This document shows positions 15,510 to 21,611 of a DNA stretch of 21,611 bases, piece by piece. Location: contig JAKFCT010000103.1 in the NCBI GenBank assembly GCA_036676495.1, forward strand, positions 1 through 21,611, read 5' to 3'. A model generated the notes under the pieces. The model ran no database searches. It worked only from the letters and a program-made list of their open reading frames with translations, and was not told the origin of the DNA. Each line of letters starts with the position of its first letter. Positions within the stretch are counted from its first letter, which is position 1. The DNA is from Candidatus Sericytochromatia bacterium (GTDB lineage Bacteria; Cyanobacteriota; Sericytochromatia; S15B-MN24; UBA4093). The position numbers were made by a program, and so were the translations under genes.

Positions 15510-16655
15510 ATGATCTACCTGGATTACGCTGCCACCACGCCGGTTCGCCCCGAGGTCATCCAGGCGATGACCGAGGCCCTCACCGAGGCCTGGGGAAACC
15601 CTTCGAGCAACCACCTGGCCGGCCACACGGCCCGCAAGGGCATGGATCGCGCCCGCCGTCAGGTGGCCGAACTGGTCGGGGCCTCCCCCGATTCGGTGAT
15701 CTTCACCTCAGGCGGCACCGAGGCCGATAACCTCGCCATCCGCGGGGTGGCCCATGCCCTGAAGGCCAAGGGCCGGCACCTCGTCATCAGCAACATCGAG
15801 CATTCCGCGGTGCGCGTCACCTGCAAGATGCTGGCCGACGAGGGTTTCGAGACCACCGAGGTCCCCGTCGGGCCCAACGGCGTCCTCGATCCCGAGGCGG
15901 TCGCCCAGGCGCTGCGCCCGGATACGATTTTGGTCTCGGTGATGCACGTCAACAATGAGATTGGGACGATCCAGCCGATCGCGGAGATTGCCGAGCGGGC
16001 GCATGCGCGGGGCATCCTGGTGCATACAGACGCCGTGCAGTCCGCCGGCAAGATTCCGGTCTCCATGGAGGCCCTGGGAGTGGATCTCATGGCGATTTCC
16101 GCCCATAAGATCTACGGCCCCAAGGGGGTCGGCGCGCTGATCCGGCGCCAAGGGGTGCCGTTGGCGCCGGTGCTCACGGGGGGCGGTCATGAGCGGGGCT
16201 TCCGGGCGGGCACCGAGAACGTGCCGGGGATCGTGGGCTTCGGAGTGGCGGCCGAGCTGGCCGTGCGCGAGCTGAGCGCCCGGATGCAGCATGATGCCGA
16301 GCTGGGGCGGTTCCTCGAGGAGGCCCTCTTGGAGGCGATTCCGGGCTCCATGGTCAACGGGGATCCGCAGCGCCGCTGGGCGGGCTGCGTGAGCCTGCGG
16401 GTGCCCGGGGTGGACGGCGCGGACCTGCTGGCGAAGCTGGACGAGGCCGGCGTGGCCATCTCCGCGGGCTCGGCCTGCAAGGCCTTCAAGCAGGAGACTT
16501 CGCACGTGATCGCGGCCCTGAATCTCCCCAATGCCGAGGATTCCGGAACCCTGCGGATGACGGTGGGTTCGCCGACCACGCGGGCCGAGGTTGAAGCCGC
16601 CGTGGGCATCCTGGCGAAGACTATCGCAGGGTTAAGGGGCAAGGTCGCGCGCTAG
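15510..16655 (+). CDS. iscS: Cysteine desulfurase (IscS/NifS, group I)
   Basis: IYLDYAATTP, GNPSS, FTSGGTEADN, NNEIG, HTDAVQ, PLP-lysine motif SAHKIYGPKG, catalytic SAGSAC. Confidence 0.9.
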   Translation: MIYLDYAATTPVRPEVIQAMTEALTEAWGNPSSNHLAGHTARKGMDRARRQVAELVGASPDSVIFTSGGTEADNLAIRGVAHALKAKGRHLVISNIEHSAVRVTCKMLADEGFETTEVPVGPNGVLDPEAVAQALRPDTILVSVMHVNNEIGTIQPIAEIAERAHARGILVHTDAVQSAGKIPVSMEALGVDLMAISAHKIYGPKGVGALIRRQGVPLAPVLTGGGHERGFRAGTENVPGIVGFGVAAELAVRELSARMQHDAELGRFLEEALLEAIPGSMVNGDPQRRWAGCVSLRVPGVDGADLLAKLDEAGVAISAGSACKAFKQETSHVIAALNLPNAEDSGTLRMTVGSPTTRAEVEAAVGILAKTIAGLRGKVAR

Positions 16656-16660
16656 GCTGC

Positions 16661-16690
16661 TTTACAGCTTCTTGACTTGACCCTTATAAT
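16661..16690 (+). promoter_or_regulatory. Sigma70-type promoter for the ytxH pair
   Basis: TTTACA (16661-16666), 18 nt, then TATAAT (16685-16690); AT-rich in a GC-rich genome. Confidence 0.7.
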
Positions 16691-16749
16691 CGATTCGGGG
16701 CCGGTCTAGCCATCGGCCGAAGTTTGCATGACAACGAGGAGGTTGGTTC

Positions 16750-17076
16750 ATGGAGCGCAGAACGTCGGGTCTCGAGGTGCTGGGAGGGCTGGTCATCGGC
16801 GCGGCCTTCGGCTTCGTCGCCGGGATGATCCTCGCGCCGCAGTCGGGCGGCAGGACCCGGGATCAGCTCAACGAGAACCTCTCGGATATCCGGCTTCGGA
16901 CCAACGAGATGATGGACAACCTCAAGGGCAACACCGAGAGCCTGATCACGTCGACTCGTAGCACCATCGAAGAGAAGCTGACCCTCCTCAACGACGCCGT
17001 GGAAGCCGGACGCAAGGCGGCCGCTTACAAGCGCGATGAACTGATTGAGGGCGAAGACAACGCCCCGTCGGTTTAG
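16750..17076 (+). CDS. YtxH domain-containing protein
   Basis: GLVIGAAFGFVAGMILAPQSGGRTR signature followed by an amphipathic helix; GAGGAGG RBS. Confidence 0.9.
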   Translation: MERRTSGLEVLGGLVIGAAFGFVAGMILAPQSGGRTRDQLNENLSDIRLRTNEMMDNLKGNTESLITSTRSTIEEKLTLLNDAVEAGRKAAAYKRDELIEGEDNAPSV

Positions 17077-17106
17077 TGCCCACGGCCCAGACGTAAGGAG
17101 GCTCTC

Positions 17107-17388
17107 ATGAGCGTGCGCCGTAATCTCACCTTCTATGCCACCGCCCTCCTCGGGACCGCCCTGGGCACGGCGGCCGGCATGTTGCTGGCCCCCAAGTCCG
17201 GAGAAGCCACCCGCAAGCAAATCCGCCGCATGGCCGGAGAGCTCAGCGAGCAGCTCCCCGTGACCCTCAGCGAGATCCAGCTGCGCGGTCGCCAGGTGCT
17301 CGAGCGCGCCCCGCGCCGGATCACCCTCGGCCGCCGCAAGGGCGAGAAGATCATCCAGCTCTACCGCGAAAACGAACGCGAAGGCTAA
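17107..17388 (+). CDS. YtxH domain-containing protein (second paralogue)
   Basis: LLGTALGTAAGMLLAPKSGEATRK signature; AAGGAGG RBS. Confidence 0.85.
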   Translation: MSVRRNLTFYATALLGTALGTAAGMLLAPKSGEATRKQIRRMAGELSEQLPVTLSEIQLRGRQVLERAPRRITLGRRKGEKIIQLYRENEREG

Positions 17389-17404
17389 TTTTTCTCCGCT
17401 TCCG

Positions 17405-17436
17405 AGCGCTCTGGGGTTTGCCCCGGGGCGCTTTTT
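17405..17436 (+). terminator. Rho-independent terminator after the ytxH pair
   Basis: 12-bp stem AGCGCTCTGGGG/CCCCGGGGCGCT (two G-U pairs), loop TTTG, followed by a T run. Confidence 0.75.
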
Positions 17437-17446
17437 CGCTAGCGCC

Positions 17447-17589
17447 CGCGGCTGTTTCGAAAGGCAGCGTAGCTGACCTGTAGAAACGACAGGCTTAGAA
17501 TCGCGGCTGTTTCGAAAGGCCGCGAGAGATAGCCGTGAACCTGACCGTATCAGGGTGAAACTCAACTCTCGCGGTCCTGAAGAAACGAC
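17447..17589. repeat. Tandem two-unit structured repeat (conserved arms, variable inner hairpin), function unknown
   Basis: CGCGGCTGTTTCGAAAGGC is identical at 17447-17465 and 17502-17520. GWCCTGWAGAAACGAC occurs at 17475-17490 and 17574-17589 (14/16 identical). The arms are partly complementary to each other. Confidence 0.85.
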
Positions 17590-17654
17590 GTTAGCTCTAA
17601 AGCGTTGTAAAATAGACGAGACCCGGTCGCCCTGATCCAGAAAGGAACCCTGCC

Positions 17655-20252
17655 GTGACGCTCAGCGGTCATGAGATTCGAAACCAGTTCATCCAGTTCT
17701 TCAAGGACAAGCAGCACGCTCACCTGCCCAGCTCCAGCCTGGTTCCCAAGAAGGACCCGACCGTCCTGCTCACCACGGCCGGCATGCTCCAGTTCAAGCC
17801 CATCTTCATGGGCCTGGAAAAACCCGCGACCTCCCGCGCCGTCACCGTCCAGAAGTGCTTCCGCACCACCGACCTCGACAACGTCGGCCGGACCGCCCGC
17901 CATCACACCTTCTTCGAGATGCTCGGCAACTTCTCCTTCGGAGACTACTTCAAGACCGACGTCATTCCCTGGGCCTGGGAGTTCCTGACCGGAGTCTTGG
18001 CCCTTCCCAAGGACAAGCTCTGGGTCTCCGTCTTCACCACCGACGAGGAAGCCGCCACCATCTGGAAGGAAAAAGTTGGCGTCAGCGCGGATCGGATCGT
18101 CTACCTCGGTGAGGACTCCAACTTCTGGGCCGCCGGCCCCACGGGCCCCTGCGGCCCCTGCTCCGAGATCTACATCGACCTCGGCGTCGAGCGCGGCTGC
18201 GGCCAGGCGGACTGCGCCGTCGGCTGCGACTGCGATCGCTTCCTCGAAATCTGGAACCTGGTCTTCATGGAGTTCAACCGCGACGAGGAAGGCCGCCTGA
18301 CCCCGCTGCCCGCCAAGAACATCGACACCGGCATGGGCCTGGAGCGGATCGCGTCGGTCATCCAGGGCGTGCCCTCGAATTTCGAGACCGACCTTCTCAA
18401 GCCCCTGCTCGATGCCGCCGCCACGATGGCCGGCATCACCTACGGCAAGGGCGGCGAAACCGACGTCTCGCTCAAGCTGATCGCCGACCACCTGCGCGGC
18501 ACGGTCTTCCTGATCGGGGACGGCGTGGTGCCCTCCAACGAGGGCCGCGGCTACGTCCTGCGCCGGATCATGCGCCGGGCCGTCCGCCACGGCAAGCTGA
18601 TCGGCATCGACCGCCCCTTCCTCGCGGAACTGGGCGCCCAGGTGATCACGCAGTACGGGGATTACCCCGAGCTTCCGGCGCAGCGGGAGTTCATCCTGCA
18701 GGTCATGGCCGAGGAGGAGCGCCGCTTCAACCAGACGATCGACCGCGGCCAGCAGCTGCTCTCGCAGGCGATCGCCACCCTCTCGCCCAGCGCCGCCGAG
18801 CGGGTGATCCCTGGCGAGACCGCCTTCGAGCTTTACGACACCTACGGCTTCCCGCTCGAATTGACCGTGGAGCTTTGCCGCGAGCAGGGAGTCCGGGTCG
18901 ATGAGACCGGCTTCCACGCCGCGATGGAAGCCCAGCGCGAGCGCGCTCGCTCGGCTCGCGAGGCGGCCGGCGTGACCTTCGCCGCGACCGAGCTCTCCAC
19001 CAAGGGCGCCACGCCCTTCACGGGCTATGAGCGCACCGAGGAGGAGGCCACGGTCCTCGAGGTCTTCCAGGACAAGTCCGGCCGGGTCGGCGTCATCCTG
19101 GACAGCACCCCCTTCTACGCCGAATCGGGCGGTCAGGTGGGCGACGTCGGCATGCTCGGCTCGGCCCGGGTGGCCGACACCCAGAAGCAGGGCGATACCA
19201 TCATCCACCTGCTGGCCGAGGGCGAGACCGCTCCTCAGGTCGGAGCGAAGGTCCATGCCGGGGTGGACGAGGCGCATCGCCTCAACACGATGCGTCACCA
19301 TACGGCGACCCACCTCCTGCACGCGGCCCTCAAGCAGGTCCTGGGTCCCAACGTCAACCAGGCGGGCTCGCTGGTCGGCCCCACGGAGCTGCGCTTCGAC
19401 TTCACCTACCCCCGTCCGATGACCCCCGAGGAGGTCACCCGGGTGGAGGATCTCGTCAACGCGCAGATCCTGGCCAACCAGTCGGTCGCTCATCTTCAGA
19501 TGTCGATGGCCGAGGCCCAGGAAACGGGCGCCATGGCCTTGTTCGGCGAGAAGTACGGCGACACGGTTCGCGTGATCGACGTGCCGGGCTTCTCCAAGGA
19601 GCTCTGCGGCGGCACGCACGTCCGGGCGACGGGCACCATCGGTCTCTTCAAGGTTCTCCGCGAGGAAGGCATCGCTGCGGGCATCCGCCGCATCACCGCC
19701 GTTTCGGGCCTGGCGGCGCTGTCGTTGCTGCGCAAGCAGGCTGAGGTGCTCGCCGAGACGGGTCAGCTGCTCAAGGCGGCTCCCGAGGAGCTTCCCGAGC
19801 GGATCGAGCGGCTGCAGGCGCGCGTCAAGGCCGAGGAGGCCGAGGTCGCCGCGCTGCGCGGGCGTCTGGCGGTGAGCGCCACCGAGTCCCTGCTCGCCAA
19901 GGCTCAGACGGTTGCGGGCACGCAGCTGATCGCCGAGCTGGCTCCGGGGCTGTCGGCGGGTGAGCTCAAGAGCGCGGTCGAGCATCTCCGCGACAAGCTG
20001 AAGCGCGGCGTGGTCGTGCTCGGCTCGGTCGAAGAGGGCAAGGTCGCGGTGGTGGCGGCGGCCAGCGACGACGTGGTCAAGGACGGCGCCAATGCCGGCA
20101 AGCTGATCCAGGCCGTCATGGCGGCCATCGGCGGCAAGGGTGGCGGCAAGCCGCAGATGGCCCAGGGCGGCGGCGGCGAGCCCTCCAAGCTGCAGGAGGC
20201 GATCGCTCAGGTCGCCGAGACCCTGAGCCAGCAGCTTCCCATCAAGGCGTAA
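17655..20252 (+). CDS. alaS: Alanine--tRNA ligase
   Basis: TTAGMLQFK, RHHTFFEMLGNFSFGDYFK, GPCGPCSEI, EIWNLVF, IDTGMGLER, FELYDTYGFP, editing motifs HHTATH and ELCGGTH, C-terminal GGKGGG. GTG start with AAAGGA upstream. Confidence 0.98.
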   Translation: MTLSGHEIRNQFIQFFKDKQHAHLPSSSLVPKKDPTVLLTTAGMLQFKPIFMGLEKPATSRAVTVQKCFRTTDLDNVGRTARHHTFFEMLGNFSFGDYFKTDVIPWAWEFLTGVLALPKDKLWVSVFTTDEEAATIWKEKVGVSADRIVYLGEDSNFWAAGPTGPCGPCSEIYIDLGVERGCGQADCAVGCDCDRFLEIWNLVFMEFNRDEEGRLTPLPAKNIDTGMGLERIASVIQGVPSNFETDLLKPLLDAAATMAGITYGKGGETDVSLKLIADHLRGTVFLIGDGVVPSNEGRGYVLRRIMRRAVRHGKLIGIDRPFLAELGAQVITQYGDYPELPAQREFILQVMAEEERRFNQTIDRGQQLLSQAIATLSPSAAERVIPGETAFELYDTYGFPLELTVELCREQGVRVDETGFHAAMEAQRERARSAREAAGVTFAATELSTKGATPFTGYERTEEEATVLEVFQDKSGRVGVILDSTPFYAESGGQVGDVGMLGSARVADTQKQGDTIIHLLAEGETAPQVGAKVHAGVDEAHRLNTMRHHTATHLLHAALKQVLGPNVNQAGSLVGPTELRFDFTYPRPMTPEEVTRVEDLVNAQILANQSVAHLQMSMAEAQETGAMALFGEKYGDTVRVIDVPGFSKELCGGTHVRATGTIGLFKVLREEGIAAGIRRITAVSGLAALSLLRKQAEVLAETGQLLKAAPEELPERIERLQARVKAEEAEVAALRGRLAVSATESLLAKAQTVAGTQLIAELAPGLSAGELKSAVEHLRDKLKRGVVVLGSVEEGKVAVVAAASDDVVKDGANAGKLIQAVMAAIGGKGGGKPQMAQGGGGEPSKLQEAIAQVAETLSQQLPIKA

Positions 20253-20263
20253 GCAGCCTTCCC

Positions 20264-20293
20264 GGGGGGACCTCTGATGAGGTCCCCTTTTTT
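20264..20293 (+). terminator. Rho-independent terminator of alaS
   Basis: 9-bp stem GGGGACCTC/GAGGTCCCC, loop TGAT, then T6. Confidence 0.9.
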
Positions 20294-20502
20294 CATGCGG
20301 CGCGCTTGCCGCATGTCTATCCGTAGCCCCTACGGAGCTTGCCTCGCTCGGATCGCCGCTGCGCCTCAACCCTCGACGATGAGCGGCTTTTGGCCGGAGC
20401 AGCAAGGGGGCCCAAAATGATTCCAGCTTGCTCCCTTCTCCGGACGCCCGATTGTCACTTTCACTGGTAACAGAACGGGAGGGTTTTCGGAGAGGGGAGC
20501 GC

Positions 20503-21468
20503 ATGGTCAGACGAGTTCTCGGCGCCGCGCTCATGGCCGTACTGCTCGGCTGTGCGTCGACGCCTCCCGTTTTCGAGCCCCCCCTCCCGTTGCCATGGCA
20601 TGAGGGAGCGAAAGAGGGACGCTCCGCAAGCGCTTCGGTCGACTCCGAGCGCCAAGAGACCTGGCGCTACCTCGGTTTCGAGGTGCGGGACGCCGGCGCA
20701 ATCGGGCTTTTCCTCTGGGACGCACGCCAAGGGGAGGTCAGGGCCTTGAATGAGGCCCTGACGGGACTGAGCGCTCTTCCGGCCTATGGGCTTCGGCCGC
20801 GGGTCTTCGCCGACGGCAAGAAGATCCTCTTCACCGTGGGGGCGAAATCGTTCTTCTGGGACTTCAAGACCGAGGAGCGCACGACGCCGGTGACGGATGG
20901 GCGCCTGGCGCTCGCCGGGGGGCCGCAGTCGGTGGTGACGCCGGACGGCAAGTGGATAGCGTACCTGTCACATCGCGAAACCGTGGTGCTCAAGCGCGCC
21001 GACGGGCCCCTCATCGCGAAGGCCGTCGAGCTGAGCTCACCCCTGGGAGAACCGGTCTGGGATCTCGACATGACGGCCGATGCCGCCCGAATGGTCCTCA
21101 ATATCGCGGGGCGCGCGTACTTCTACGATGTGAGGAACGCGCGGCTCTCGCTTTACGGTCCGCTGGACGGCGAGAGCCTGGCAGGAGCCCGGAACGGGCT
21201 GGAAGAGGTGGCCGTGTCGCCGACGGGAAAGGTCGTGGCGGCGACGCTCAAGAACGGGAGGGTGCTCCTCGTCGAGCCCCAGGGAAGGTTGGTCGAGTTG
21301 CTGCCGGCCGTCAATCTCGCCGTCGAGCGCATCGTCGATCTCTACTTCGTCTCGGATGATGAGGCGATGCTGGTGACCGAGCAGGAGGGACGCATGGGCA
21401 TCTGGGCGTTCGAGCGCCGGACCGGGTGGCTGCGGCGCATGGTCATGGCCAACGGGATCCCCTATTAA
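20503..21468 (+). CDS. Putative lipoprotein with TolB/WD40-like beta-propeller repeats
   Basis: From ATG 20503 (AGAGGGGAG RBS): signal MVRRVLGAALMAVLLG-C (lipobox), a Pro-rich linker, and repeats FADGKKILF, VTPDGKWIAY, MTADAARMVL and VSPTGKVVAA. Confidence 0.7.
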   Translation: MVRRVLGAALMAVLLGCASTPPVFEPPLPLPWHEGAKEGRSASASVDSERQETWRYLGFEVRDAGAIGLFLWDARQGEVRALNEALTGLSALPAYGLRPRVFADGKKILFTVGAKSFFWDFKTEERTTPVTDGRLALAGGPQSVVTPDGKWIAYLSHRETVVLKRADGPLIAKAVELSSPLGEPVWDLDMTADAARMVLNIAGRAYFYDVRNARLSLYGPLDGESLAGARNGLEEVAVSPTGKVVAATLKNGRVLLVEPQGRLVELLPAVNLAVERIVDLYFVSDDEAMLVTEQEGRMGIWAFERRTGWLRRMVMANGIPY

Positions 21469-21611
21469 AGGTAAGACCTTGGAAGCGACCGTAGGTCTGA
21501 TTGCTCAAGCAATAATTGACTTCAAAGGAGGGGCTCGGTCCGGGCGGTACGGTCCAACGCTTCCCTCGAGCGCTTCCCCTGGCTGGAACTTGGATTCTGG
21601 TGGGGGCCAGG

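Noticed and set aside
17454-17586. CRISPR-like repeat ends (GTTTC...GAAAC; unit 1 spans 34 nt)
   Set aside because: There are only two units, their interiors differ in length and sequence, there is no regular repeat-spacer period, and no cas genes are in the window.
17447-17608. glnA glutamine riboswitch, integron attC site or 6S RNA as the identity of the repeat
   Set aside because: The 3' CCUGAAGAAACG resembles the glnA end but the GGAAGUA junction and three-way fold are missing. There is no RYYYAAC/GTTRRRY pair for attC. The rod of about 120 nt is short for 6S, though only a covariance-model search can exclude it.
17437-17654. T-box riboswitch upstream of alaS
   Set aside because: No UGGNACC T-box bulge and no terminator directly before the start codon. 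AGGGTGAAAC at 17552-61 is only a superficial match.
20274-20281. Hammerhead core CTGATGAG
   Set aside because: It is the loop region of the alaS terminator, and no GAAA core or third stem follows.
20428-20502. N-terminal extensions in the ORF track (lipoprotein from 20428, rlmH from 11593, ycf45 from 5091)
   Set aside because: Downstream starts have better RBSs and give family-typical N-termini or an intact signal peptide.
17562-20534. 990-aa minus-strand ORF, and similar long antisense ORFs at 3616-5301, 7089-8990, 8885-10690, 12707-14293 and 14118-15491
   Set aside because: These are shadows of well-supported genes on the opposite strand, expected from high GC3 codon bias. None has a recognisable motif.

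Overview
A GC-rich bacterial chromosomal window of mostly housekeeping genes. I see no phage, transposase or CRISPR array. Left to right: the 3' end of an unknown gene and a strong terminator; a soluble, sensor-less chemoreceptor-like gene paired with an ODP-type di-iron metallo-beta-lactamase-fold gene; a tightly coupled minus-strand run fapA(DUF342) - PLP Orn/Lys/Arg decarboxylase - ldpA - ycf45-like AAA/R3H ATPase - tmk - Nit-family amidase; rlmH - DUF1934 - argS (minus); yajQ - rplI - dnaB - purA - cysteine desulfurase (plus); two ytxH-like genes; alaS; and a beta-propeller lipoprotein. Cyanobacteria-type ldpA/ycf45 occur here with flagellar/chemotaxis genes and Firmicutes-like gene order, which suggests a non-photosynthetic relative of Cyanobacteria such as Sericytochromatia (inference, not verified). 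The most notable observations are: (1) a tandem two-copy structured non-coding element upstream of alaS (17447-17589) with conserved arms and a variable inner hairpin; (2) the ODP plus a chemoreceptor-like protein carrying two hairpin-tip-like motifs; (3) the ldpA-ycf45 module inserted between the decarboxylase and tmk; (4) a probable CTG start codon overlapping the fapA stop. All family assignments come from motif recognition, not database searches.
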